Shown: positions 27,639 to 40,235 of the stretch, in pieces | Layout: the number at the start of each line of letters is the position of its first letter | Position numbering within the stretch: position 1 is the first letter of the stretch | Source of the DNA: Takakia lepidozioides | Lineage: Eukaryota > Plantae > Bryophyta | DNA length: 64,000 bases | Assembly (NCBI GenBank): GCA_030704615.1 | Contig: CM060732.1 | Span: 26,226,001-26,290,000 of the forward strand | Reading direction: 5' to 3' | The notes under the pieces: model-generated | What the model saw: the letters and a program-made list of their open reading frames with translations, nothing else | Databases searched by the model: none | Told to the model about the DNA's origin: nothing | Position numbers and translations under genes: made by a program

Positions 27639-30341
27639 TTAATGCCACCATACACGCACGCCACCCTCTGCCACCACCACACTACCCTTTCCATGCTCAC
27701 AAAGAGCATACAGCTCGTCCTTCACAGATGAGACGCAGTTCAACCTGTCCTTCACTCCTACACCCCTGGACTGTGAACTGTCTAACCACTCGGACACTTT
27801 AAACTCAACACCCACAAAATCACTGATGTCACTGGTCGTAAAAGACATATGCAGTGTGGAGACAACCTGCTTGCAAAAGGCCTGGAAAATCCTTGTCAGA
27901 TTGCCAAAAGTTTTACCCTTCCTTAAAACAATCCTTGAGGTATCACGACTGGCCCACTTCAAAGGGCAAGATGCAATTCTAGTCATACGGGGAATCTTTA
28001 AAGGAGATGCCAAGCCAGGACTCAGTTGCCGAAGTCGAGTCACTTTTGCTCTGAACCTCTCAACTACGCTAGCATTTTCCATGTTGGAATCATCATGTGG
28101 GAGGCCAACGTCCAGCAACCTCCTTCCAAAAGCCTGGCCGACACTCGTGCGGGGGATATTCTTTCCCACCTGGGGTTTTTGAAGCCACCATGAGATGTCA
28201 GTGAGCCAGTTTGATCCCTCTGGATCTTCATCACACAAATACCAAGAGACTTTGTGAGCCTGCAAACTGCTTCGCTGGATTTGAGCGGCAACCCCTCCAT
28301 GCAAGGCAACAAGAATGCCGTCCCTGAAAAGCAGGTCTCCAGCTCCTGCACTGACCTGAAACAAACACTGACAAAAGATATCAAGTTCAGAAGTAAACTT
28401 TTGTTCTGGACAGCAGGCTTAGGAACTGCAATTCTCATCCCCTACCAAGGATGTGCATCAGAAGACCCCACTAAACCATGAATATGAAGTAATCAATGTG
28501 CCATTTGAACTACTAACTGCTCAATTGTACTCTGAAATATTGCAGTATAAAAGACAACAAGACCTTGATTCTTCTGAAATACACCATTCATTTATCATTC
28601 AAGTCCTGTAGCATTTGACAATGTGCTGTTTGAAGGTCTTTACCAATCTTCAAATGCTCCGGGATGACCAGGATACATGGATAGAAGCCTTTAGGTTTAT
28701 TCCACCACTGCATAGCTTCCAACCTTTCTTGACTTGTAACACTAGTCGCAATCAAAATCTTCCAAAGGGGGAGAAAACTGTGCACACCTGTGCTCCTTGT
28801 GCTGGGCATTTTATCGACAAATTCCCTGGTGAAGAAAACAAGCCATTTTCCATGTCCAGGATGACACCTTTCTCTGCACTGATTATGACTTCAATTGAGC
28901 TAGTGTCACTCTCAGCAGTACTTTGCAGATCTGTTGGGATGACTGCAGCATTCACTTCCCAAGGTACCAAAGAAGTAGCTGTCTTCTCTGTCCAGTAAGT
29001 ATCATGGCCAAAGAGCTGCTTCAAAACACTGACAAAATGACCCCTTTCACAAAACAAGTTCTTTCCTAGCCATCTCTCAAAGCAGCTCCGAAAAGCTGCT
29101 GGAAAGTTCAAGTTCACATGCAGGCCACCAAAGACCGACGCTGGAAGTTTTGCATGGGCATGACACGGGCCCTTTAACACTGTTAAATTACGAGGGCCAT
29201 TGTCTCCCTGGGAATTGGATGAGTAACCATTGCAATATGCAAATCTTTCTTCCAGACTTTGGCTGCCTGACAAGCTGATACTTAGCTCTGGGGTGGTTAC
29301 AATCATGTCGGAATGAAGGCGTGCAGTGACTGAACCTCCAAGCCTGAGGACTTGTGAAGCTGCCTCCCAGGTCTAGCCATCCAACAAAGAAAGTCTATTT
29401 CAGACTCAAGAAATTCTCTCCCGCAACACACATCTCATATGATGTTGATGCTAGCCCTACAATAAACACTTGCTCAATGTCCCTCTTCACCATAATGTCC
29501 AATGGCTGGTGAGCCCTTTCCCAAGTTTTTCGTCACCTTTTTGGTGGGTGTTATCCAGCTACTGGCTCTGGGACCCAAAGACAATGAACCCATGCTATAA
29601 CAGAACCAAAATGCACAGAAAGGTCAGTGAGTACATATTACCTCTGACACACACATACCTACACAACCGTGTTGCATCTTGGAATAAACTCTGAACCATG
29701 CCTCCCAACAATTTGACACCTTGGTGCCCAGCTTTCATGACTATAACATGGAAAAGGTGAACATTATGCAGTCTTCCAAAACCCCACTAATGATGGGCGG
29801 CTTTAAGAATTACCAAGATCTGGCACTGCAGAGTTACTCCTGACACACCATCTGTCACCTCCAAATCGCCTGCATTACTGCACCTATCAGTTCGAAACTG
29901 TAGTTTGTTTTGGATTTTACAGTATAGATCGCCATGAAATCCACCTAAAATCATTCAACTACCAACCAAGCATAATGATACTAACTGAAAATACACACTC
30001 CTGTGTACGCATCTGTCAAGGCATTGCACAATCGATCAGCAATTCGGAGGACACAAAAAAGGACATACCTGCAACTTGTAGCACGGAATTTGGCTGAGGT
30101 GTTTCCGTTACAGTTGCCGTAACCGCTCGGAAAGCATAAGCTCTGGTGCCTCTCACATACAGCTCTCCATCTACCTGCACGAGACAGACCGGTATTCAAG
30201 TGTAGAATGGAACGATGATCGATATGCTGAAAAGGTGAGAAGAAGAAAGAAAGGCTACCTGCGATGCGGTACCGGTGGTGAGAGTGGGAGAATACACCAA
30301 AGATGATGATGATAGACGCCACGAAGGTATACAAATGCCAT
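27639..30341 (-). CDS. Unknown protein, ~518 aa, 5 exons: 30341-30259, 30170-30069, 29883-29814, 29372-28788, 28355-27639
   Basis: GT-AG junctions give one stop-free frame (83+102+70+585+717=1557 nt) that includes the 184-aa and 241-aa ORFs. The N-terminus is Arg/Ser/Cys-rich and acid-poor (transit-peptide-like). No family recognised. Confidence 0.6.
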
Positions 30342-30872
30342 CAGTGTCCGGAACTTCCTCATATTGCTGAAGAACTATGCCTGATGCGTGGATCGGTCTG
30401 TCACTGTGCGACGGGGACCCCTCCGTAGCGCTTTGTTTTGTATTGCACATTGCAGCTTTGCCTGATCACGTGGCTGCAGACTTGACAAGCACGGCCTCTT
30501 TGCTACATTCCAATGCTCATTTTGGTTGTCTGTCCCAAGCTACAATTGGCCCTTCTCACAATTTTCCATCGAGTTGTGCTGCAGATGTGGTACAATTGAG
30601 AGTGTAAGGGTTCAATCTCTTTTGAAAAGTGCTTAACAACTACGCCACAGGAGGGAGGGGATTGGTATGGCGTGAGCACAAAAAAATCGCAGCGTGAGCA
30701 GGATACACGGTTATAGGGGTGATATGTATGTGAGTGAAAATACATATAATAGACGGACATAATTAGAGTCTTTCTGCGTTAATAGGGTCTCCATGGTGTC
30801 TAAATATAATCTTAAACATATAGAAGGAGTTTTTTTTTGTGGCGCGGAAAGGGGGGTGTGGCCCTGTTTTAA

Positions 30873-33800
30873 CCCCTAATGGACGAGTCGACCTGATTCG
30901 GGTTGATTGGATATTTTGACCGTCAGTGGGCCCCTTGGATGAATCTGGATAAAGATGGGCCCTGAACAAAAGTTGTAGCCCTTGAGATTCTGCGCCGGAC
31001 AAAATTTCTTACACCCTAATTGGATAAATCCTGCGCCGTCAGGATTTTTTGAAGTGATGATGAGCACCCACAATCCAATGGTTTCTGGCCCTCCACAGGC
31101 TTTGACCTAGCCACGTGGCAGGCAAAATGGGCATCGGTGGCCCGATGTCGGCGATCGGGTGCATGCAGGGTTGGCATGTCCGCCCATGCGGACATGGGAT
31201 GCCACCCTGTGGCCAGTGATGGGTGGCGGCAGCGTGGAACGAGCTCTCTCTTCGCGCGCACAGAGTCTGGGTTCCTGGAGCTTGCAAATCGTGGCCCCTC
31301 TCGCATTTCCTTGGCGTTTTTGTGTGCATGTTTTGCTTGATCTTCCGTGGATCGCCCGCATTCGCTTCGTAGAGGGTGTATTTCTGGGCTTCATTTTCGG
31401 GTCATGGCGACTTACCTCTCCCAGGCTCGAAGCGGCGGGAGCTGTTCCGTTTCCTGCTGTGTGTTCTAGACATTAGAGCTCGGGGTGTGATTGCATTTAC
31501 GCAGCTGTTAGGGCTGAGTGTTTGGCGTTTAGATTCTTGTGCCCTGCCGAATTTTCATTGTAATGCAAATTGTCATTTTTTCTTGCATGTCGTTTTGTGA
31601 AATGTTTTTATGCATTTGGGCTCTGTGTTTTGTGTGGTAGGGGATGGTTGCAGGGGAGTGTGGTGTGTTGGGGTTTCATTTTGCAGCTGGTTTTGGAGAG
31701 TTTGCGAAATTCGCCGAGGTACATCCTTCATTCCTGTGCTTGGGGAAGATGGGCCATCTGATTGATTCATCGTGAGGGCTTGCATTCATTTCCTGTGATC
31801 TCTGTCGGTCTCACGGATTCGTATGGCACCAAAGAGGAAGGACGCTCCTGTCGCCCCCACCCGAGCTTGCAGCTGTCGCGGAGGTTATAAGGGAGTGGGC
31901 GCTTGAGGAGCAGCACTACACTCCCGAGCAGTGCAAGGTAATATTTGGGTGTCTGTCTCCTGCCTTCCTCTGTAGTTTGCCTCCACCGCCGTTCGCCAAT
32001 CGTTGGCCTCGCCACCCTCGTCCTCACAATTGTCGCTTTCTGTTTAGACGTCAGGTGGCTCTAGTTCTTGGTTGGAGAGAGAGAAGAGAGGAAGGTGATA
32101 AGGAGGGGTTCAGTGACGCTGTGAATTCTGTTTTGAGAGATGATGTCTGGCCCGATGCCGACAGTCAGGCGTCTGAAGGAGTTGGCTCGTGCAAAGAGGT
32201 CGGTTCCTGCAAGTGTGACAGCACCTCCCAAAGGTGTGGTGAGGAAAAAAAAATAAGGGAGTGGTGAATTCGGGTGTTGTGGGATGTGTTGGCGGGCCTC
32301 TGGGTGCTGGGAGCATGCTTGCCGTCGGTCGGGCTGCTTTGGGGGACATGCATCCCAACACTGGTGCACTGGTTCCTTTTGGTGAGGAGTCTTCTAATCC
32401 TGTTTTGGGCCACGATGAGGCCTCTTCCGACATGGACGAGGATTTTGAGGGTGACGATGGGTACATGGGCGACTCTGCTGACGAAGCAGACTGGGAAAAT
32501 GAGGTGGTTGATATGGAGTGTGATGAGGAAATCTCGGCCGATTTTGTGGAGATGTTTAAGGCGAAGACGTGGGAAACCAACGCAGGCTCTGACTTTGTGA
32601 GTGATAGAGCTGCATTTTTTGGCCCTCAACCTGGTCCCTGCCTGCCTGAGATGAAGGGCTCACATCCGATTTGGTTTTTTGGTTTGTTTTGGAGGCGACA
32701 AGTGCTTGGGCGAATATGTAGGGAGTCCAATCGTTATGCTGTTGAACCTTTCGGTACGGGCACTCGAGGGGGGCCGCGGTGGAAAGAGCTCACTGTTCCT
32801 GAGCTCAGGGCTTGGATTGGAGTCTGTGTCTTCATGGGCATAAAGAAGTTGCCCCGAACACGATTTTACTAGCAACACTCGGAGACATTCTTCACTTGTC
32901 CTGTCATCCGCAAAGTGATGACTCGAGATAGGTATGAGGCCATACTCCGTTGTTTGCATCTTGTTGACAACGCCACGTTGGTGGCAGATCGTAAGAGTCG
33001 GAATTATGATAAGCTTGGAAAGCTTAGGTGGGTGTGTGAGGAGATTATGGATAGGTGTAAAAGTCTCTGGAATCTGAACAAAATGGTGACTGTCGACGAG
33101 GTGATGATCCGTTACAAGGGGAAATACTCCCCAATTAGGATGTATATGCCTAAGAAACCATGCAAATGGGGCATCAAGGTGTGGGCCTTGGCTGACTCGG
33201 AGACTTCATATGTCTACGATTTTTCAATGTATGTTGGTAAGAATGCAGGAGGGCCAGATGGCGAGAGGCAGAAAAGTGGGAAGGGAGAAGGTTATGATGT
33301 GGTCACCCGGCTGGCCGACGGGCTGCATGGTTTGGGGCATGTCATTGTGACTGATAATTACTTTACAGGGGTCCAGCTTCTATATGACATGGCCAAACTT
33401 GGCACTTGGGCCATTGGCACGGTAAGAGTGAACAGAAAGGGTCTCCCTCCCTCTTTGCTGAAAATGAAAAAATCCAAGACTGCCAAGCAAGGGCAGTCAT
33501 GGTACAGGATGCATGAGTCCAGGGAGGTGGCTACTGTGTTGTGGTGGGACAAGAATGGTGTATTCTTACTATCATCTGCAGCTAGGCCAGCTTGCAGCCC
33601 TTCCTCTCCTGTGACTGTACGCCGGAGAGTGCCTGTGCCATCCGTACCTGCACATGTGCAATACCAAACGTACATGCGAGAGGTGGATGTGCAAGACCAG
33701 CTTAGGGGTGCGTACAGCTTGCAGCTGCGCACAAAGAAGTGGTGGCATCGTCTGTTTTTTTTTCTTATGGATACCACGCTAGTGAATGCGTATATCTTGC

Positions 33801-35522
33801 ATTCTGCAATGGAGAGAAGGAAGGGGCGTCGGGCCATGACCCATCTACAATTCAATCTGGCTGTGGCATATGGTTTGACAGGGGGTTGCTGCACTGACAA
33901 CATTGACACCATGGGGGATTCAGAATGCACGTTTGTGCATCAGTGCCTTCACACCACACGGCGGCGAGTGTGTGTCATGTGCCATGTTCGTACTCACCAT
34001 TAATACCCTGGCTGCGATGGCAACCACTTGTGCCTTGGGCGGTGTTGGAATGAGGCACATCGGCATGCCTTGAGGTGACTGAATTCTGGCTTGTTGCACT
34101 GTCTTCTTTCTTTGTGTGTGCATATGTTTGTGTGGGTGGGGGTTCACCAGGGTGTGGGACTGCATGCAGGTATGCTGGAGGCTGTGGATGGCGTGTGTGC
34201 GTGGGGCGTGGGGTGTGGGTATCTCTGATCTGTGGTGGGTATGGGTTCTTCTCAGGTTGGGGGGTTGTGTGTGTCCATGCTGGTTGATGGGCAGTGGGGG
34301 TCATGGGGAGCTGGTGGTGACGGTTCAATGGTAGTGGAGGGGTGTGGGGGTCATGCTGCTGCTGGTTGATGGGCAGTTTTGGGAGTGGGGGGGTCATGGG
34401 GGTCTGTTGCTTGCTCATTGTGTGTTGTTTTGGTGATGGGGGAAGGGCTGGTGATGGTTCACAAGTTGTGGGGGTGATGGGGATCTGCTGCTGCTGGTTG
34501 AGGGGCTGTGGAGGTGATGGGGGTCCTTCAGTGTTGGCGTGTGTGCGTTGTGTTTGGGTGGTTTCACAGTTTTTTTTTTTTTTTGGGGGGGGGAGGGGGG
34601 GGGGGGGGACTGTCTGCACACTGGGCAAATCGGGGGGTTCAACTCCCCCCCAGTTCGTGGATCATGTCTTTCGGGGTGGTGTGTGGTTTGGGTTCGCTAC
34701 ATTCAAAGGAAAAGCAGGAGCTCACGGGGAGCTTGAACACAGATGGGCCACATTTGTGACGGTTGGTGGTTGTTAGTTTTTCAGTTGCCTGTTGGGTGGA
34801 ACGCCGAAACGTCAGGCGTTCCCGGGCCCTTTTTTGGGTGTCGATTTTGGGGTCCCCCGAGTTTTCTGTGTCAATCGGTGACGTAGCCCCCTTTCTGTAG
34901 CCGGAATTGTCTACCAATTCAGGCAATACATGGCCTGAGCTGGGATTCAAGTAGAATTACACCTACTTAGAAATCTATGCCTGCATTTTGGTTAGAATTC
35001 AGAAATTCTTTTTGGAGGTAGTAGGAAATCATAGGAGGAACAATTCCACCGTTAGAATTCTGGTTCCAATGAAAATTTCGACCCCTATGGCTGAATTACA
35101 GGTCAATTGAAGCAAATAGTGCTTTTTGACCCCCCTGTTTTTCCATACAAAGGAACCCTATGCAGATTTTGGAATTCTGCTTTGCAAATTTGGGGCAAGT
35201 TGCTTTAGGTGCTTGAGAATTGGAATGTGGTTGGGGTCTTGCAAGGAAAAAATATTTTCTTGGTCCAACTGCCTGGTCAAACCAATTTTTCCCTCTAAAA
35301 TTGGAATACACTACAGATTTAGAGCTTAGCATTTTGTTATAATCTTCCTAATGACATGGTGAAATGGGCTGAAAGTCTTACAGCAGGTGCATGAGGTAGG
35401 TAGCGTCCTTTTCATACGGTTCATCCCTGTGGATGTTTCTTAGCTGGGAGATATACCCTCATCCGTGAGGGTATGTGCTGTTTTGGAGTGGGCCCACCAA
35501 AAACAGCCTCGTCCATTAGGGG
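30873..35522 (+). mobile_element. piggyBac-superfamily transposon, full length (4650 bp)
   Basis: TTAA (30869-30872) + CCCCTAATGGACGAG ... CTCGTCCATTAGGGG + TTAA (35523-35526): perfect 15-bp TIRs and TTAA TSD, with an internal transposase. Confidence 0.96.
32261..34078 (+). pseudogene. piggyBac DDD transposase (PGBD-like) with two in-frame stops
   Basis: ELRAWIGVCVFMG, MTRDRYEAILRCLH, VTVDEVMI..KG, YMPKKPCKWGIKVW, VTDNYFT, WWDK, VDVQDQ, KKWWHRLFFFLMD, and a C-terminal Cys-rich domain CVMC...C...LC...C...H. Stops at 32870-32872 and 34001-34003 lie in one frame. Confidence 0.93.
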
Positions 35523-38500
35523 TTAAGGAGCTTGACAAGGGGAAAACCTCAAAAAAACAAAATCACAAACCAAACCCCAATTTCAACGATGAAACCAAGT
35601 TTCGCTCACGAAACCCAAGTTTCGCTGGCGAAAACCGTTTGCGTTTCGCTGGCAAAACTCATTTTTTGGGTTATTCTTGGCGATGTTCTACACACAATGT
35701 TACCAAATGCCACATTGTTTACGTGCTGATTTTTGAGTTATGGCAGATATATTTGTGAGTCTTTGTGCTCACGTAAGTTAAGCTTTGGACGATTAATTTC
35801 ATGAATTTTTTCGCGTAGCACGATTTTCAAATAGTTTCGTATTTCTTACCGCGTGAGCGCATTTTGGTTTCGCAATCGCATATTCTCTACAAAATTTTGG
35901 AATATATGAAATATGCCTTTTGTGCTCACGCCCGCTGGCGTGAGCCTGCTCACACGCTACCCAACCTCAAGCAAGATAACCTCCCAACCTAGAAACCTCT
36001 CTTGCTGCCAAAAGAGTATTGGATCCTTCTAGATTCTAAGTATGCCTTGCTCTTTCTCAGACTATGAGTAACCACATTGATCATCATGCTTCCTATGACT
36101 ACTTGTCATGCTTTTCTCTTTGTCTAGACCGAGCACCAGATCCTTTTTAAATACTCCGTGAGATCTTGCTCTTAAGATCTCCAGGCTTTAACTATTCTTG
36201 ATATCTTTTGTTGTTCTTGAAGCTTATTCTTTGCTTTATTTGGCTCTAGCGTTCCTTCAAATTTTTGCCAACTCTGACTTTGCTTAAGTCTATACATATA
36301 TTTTTACTGTATATGGCTTTGCTTAAAGTCTTTCTTATACTTTTACTATTTATGATTCAATGCTTAAGCCCATAACTGACTTTTGCTAATTAGGTTGTGA
36401 CATTCTCTACCCCTTCAAAGCTTAGTCATTGTCCTCAATGACAAATTATGGGTATTTCTGTCCTAGTGTCTGCTCAGACTCCCAAGTAGCGTCAGTCAAA
36501 GGAAGCCCGTGCCATGCAACCAAACACTCTTTGATGAGACGACTGCACAACTTGCGTTATTTTTTGTCCCAAATCCGCCAAGGTCCATGTTGGTCACTCT
36601 CCGACTCTTCTTGTAAAAGTATAGTTTCTTCAGCTACCAAAGTATCCCCATCATGTAAATATCTCTTAAGCTTGCTAACATGAAACACTGGATGTATCTT
36701 ACATGACCCTGGAAGCTCTAGCTTATGTGTAACATCATTAATGCATTTCACAATCAGCCAAGGTCCACAATATCGATCGATATTGTTAAAGCCGTTATCT
36801 TCTCGCGAGAAGATAACTTCATACCCTTCTTCTTAGCTTTCTCTTTCATAAAGGTAGATGAAGGTGATGGAATCAATATGACACTTTGTCCCCCACCTTG
36901 AATTCCCTGAAAGTGCGTTTCTTATCCGCATAACTCTTAGCCCTATCTGAGGCCTTACGGATATTCAACCTTGCACCTGCTAGCTGCTCTTACATCTGAG
37001 TTATAAACATTATTGCACTAGGTACATTTTGTGGAAATCCAATCATAATTGGGCTCGAGGGTCTGTACCCATGTACTAGCTCAAATGGACTTATCCATGT
37101 TGAAGCATGTTTCTTGTCATTGTATGCATGCAAATTCTAACAATGGCAAATACTTCTCCCATGAGGTTGCTCTGTCACCTACATGGGCCCGCAACATATC
37201 TTCTACAACCTGATTTACTCTCTCAGTCTGTCCATCACCAGCGTGGATGATCTCCACTGCTCATGTTTAGCTTTGTATCCAAAGTTTGTTGTCCAAAAAT
37301 GACCAATAAATCTAGGATCTCTGTCTGATTCTTGGTAGGAATAAATTAAATGAGCCATCTTGGACAATCTGTCTACAACCGCTAGTATTGCATCTTTTCT
37401 ATGTTGTGTCCTAGGCAAATCAGTAATAAAATCCATGGAAATGCTTTTCCACCGACCTTGTGGAATGTAACAATCATGGAGACTTCAAGTGTTCTACTTT
37501 AGTGACCTGATACCTAAAACAATGTGTCACTCATGCACGTCTGCCTTGAGCTTAGGCCACCAGAAGTGCTATTGCACTAACTCAAAGGTTTTCTCAACCC
37601 CTGGATGTCATGCACAAAAACCGTCATGATATTCTGTAAGAATCTTCTTTCGAAGTTCTCTTGAACTTGGAATGCAAACTTTGTCTTTCTGTTTCACTAA
37701 ACCATCCTCGATGATGTATGTGTGGACTTTAGTGGTGCACTCAGGCAAACTAATCCATCACTCTGCGCAATACTATCTTGGTTAATCTTTTCCCACACTC
37801 TTAGGATATGCTCATCTTCTCTTTGAGCTTCTCTTATCTCCGCTAGGAAACTGCTCTCTATTACTGTAAAAGCCATCTGATACATGATACGAGACAATGC
37901 ATCAGCTATCACATTATCCTTACCTCTTCGGTACCGAGTCTCCATGTGGAATTTATGTATCAATTTAGACCATCGAGCTTGACGTCCCTTGAGATCAGAT
38001 TGATTACAGAAATAGATAAGTGTCTTATGATCTGTATAGACCGTAAACACTGGCCCATACAAGTAGTGTTGCCAAACTTTTAAAGCATGTACAATAGCAC
38101 TCTGTTGCGTTGGATTAAGCTTTCGGCTCTCAAAAGCAACTAGCCGACCCTCCTGACTTAGGACCGCTCCAACAACAATGCGATTAGCATCTGTTTCCAA
38201 CACATAAGGCTTTTGTAGATCTACAATATTTAATACAGGTGCCGTAGCTACCACATGTTTTAAAAGATCAAAACCTTCTTGTTGTAACTTAATCCACTCA
38301 TACAACATGCTACCTTGTAACAAATCAGTGAGTGGAGCTGTAATTCGTAAGTAATTCTTGATATACTTCCTATAGAAACGAGCAAAATCCAAAAATGACT
38401 GCAATGATACTGCATCAAGTGGTCTAGGCCATCTAAGTATGACAGTTACCTTCTTAGGATCCATCTTGACACCACCTACTAACACAATGTGTCCTAAATA

Positions 38501-39149
38501 CTCCACCTCAAATTTAAACAACTCGCACTTGCTTGGATTAACATACAACGTAACCCTGCAGCAAGTTGTTAAAACTTGATGGAGATGAACAACATGTTCT
38601 TCAACTGTTCTACTGTAGATCAATATGTCATCAATAAAATCAACAAAAATTAATCTTTCCATGAAAGGTCTCAAAACAACATTCATTAGCATCATGAATG
38701 TTGCAGGAGCATTTGCCAAACCAAACAGCATAACCAAAAACTCGTAATGACCAAACTTGGTCCTAAAAGTTGTCTCAAACACTTTTCTAACCTTTGCTCT
38801 GATACCAAATGTAACGATTAAAGATTCTCTTTTGGAAAGTGCTTAACAATTAAGCCACCTTTGAGTAAGATAACCTCCCGACCTAGCTCTTGTTGTTTGC
38901 AGCCAAAGAGTACTGGATCCTTTTAGGTGCTAAGTATGTCTTGCTCTCTCTCTAATTACCCTTACCCTATACATAACCGGAGTCTTGGGGTGTGGATATA
39001 CCCTGCCCTGGAGGCGGGTAAAGGCTAGCTCAAAGGGTATATGCGTGGCGGGTAAATCCTAAGCCTTTGTCCAATTTGCTTGTGTATGTGTGTTACATAC
39101 CCGCCTCTTTTATTCTGTGTGTGTGTGTGTGTGTGCCTCTGTGCGTGCC

Positions 39150-40235
39150 TCGCAGAGGCCTCTAGAGCCTCTACCCTGGGCAAAGGGCCTGCCTCCAGCC
39201 TCCCACCCCTCTCCCCGGTGCCTGCCGACACCCATTGGGAAGACACGCTGGCGCCAGTGCAATCAGAGCAGCCTGTGATCAAACTTAACAAGGAAAAGCT
39301 AAAGGCACAAGCTCAGAAATCATCACAGAATGGAGTGCTCATATACTTTCCTGGGAAGCAGAGTCCAAGAGCCTCGGTCCGGCGATGGGTGGTGGAACAC
39401 CTGGGAGCGGATGGAGGCTTGGCATAACATTACTGTCTGTCGATGGGAAGAGGCTTCTATGCCATTCTGTTCTGTTCTCCAAGTGAAGCAGACAAAGCTG
39501 TTCGGTTCAATACTCGGCAATCCAGTACCAAAGTTTATATTTTTCCCTGGACTCATGACTAGGGTCACAAGCAGGGAGTGATGTGGATGCCCAGGGTGAT
39601 TGCTATCCCTTTTCTCCCCCCCACCTACCTCACTTCATTGCCTGAGATAGGCGCAAGCTTTGGAACATTCATTGGCGCGATAAATGTCTATGAACCGGTT
39701 CCGGAACAAATTCTAAGTATAGACGTTGATGCTGCGCAATTGGATTACAATCGTGATAATGGAGTACCCAAGATGGTAGTTCTCATGCCAGTCACAGCCA
39801 CCATCGGCACTTCCATCAAGCTGCCCACGGTAGAGGTCGACTCCTTCACAATGGTGGCCATCAAAGAGGAAATCCTCCCAGTCATTTGCTTTGCCTACAA
39901 TGCCAAGGGGCACATAAAGGCAGATTACCCAAAGCTCAAGGGTAGGTCGACAGTTGATTCTGCAGCTGGAGGCTCCACCTCTCCTCAATCGCTCAACTTC
40001 AATGTCGACCACAGAAAGGGGAAATCCAAAACCAACGAGGGTGATGATACCACTGCTGCACAGCACGTGTCCAAGAAGCGGAAAAGATGCGGAGAATTGG
40101 CTACCTGGTGCCACCCAAACCGGCCTTCTACCTTCTTCCCGGTGAGGATCATGGAAGAGTGGGCCTCTTTTCCCTTCTCGGAGGCTGACCTACAGCAACT
40201 TGATAGCTGCAACCTTGCCATATCCTTTCTGGAGC
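39150..40235 (+). mobile_element. L1-like LINE ORF1 remnant inserted in the gypsy 5' LTR
   Basis: DUF4283-like segment (GVLIYFPGK...VRRWV) and a degenerate zinc knuckle ICFAYNAKGHIKADYP; interrupted at 40236 by a CACTA end. Confidence 0.6.

Larger units (their letters stand above)
30649..35964. mobile_element. Non-autonomous (MITE-like) insertion in the gypsy LTR, itself carrying the piggyBac
   Basis: Sequence absent from the partner LTR. Multiple CGTGAGCA/TGCTCACG motifs lie at both ends, with imperfect inverted ends (TTGGTATGGCGTGAGCA versus TGCTCACACGCTACCCAA). No clean TSD. Confidence 0.55.
30603..38952 (-). mobile_element. Ty3/gypsy chromovirus-type element on the minus strand, gag/protease deleted, both LTRs interrupted
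   Basis: PBS reverse complement GCTCTGATACCA 38796-38807; 5' LTR remnant 38810-~38952; RT/RNase H ORF 37697-38782; integrase remnant (MDFITDLP...[10 protein letters not shown]) ~37200-37440; chromodomain (ECLVAWHGLPLTDATWE) ~36440-36600; PPT 36403-36415; 3' LTR split into 35965-36402 and 30603-30648. Confidence 0.9.

Noticed and set aside
29814-29883. Resemblance of LEVTDG...LQCQIL to the plant CTC1 N-terminus
   Set aside because: Too short; the rest of the protein and its length do not fit CTC1.
33975-34776. Long Pro/Thr-rich and Gly/Val-rich ORFs
   Set aside because: Artefacts of GT-rich low-complexity sequence in the piggyBac 3' region.
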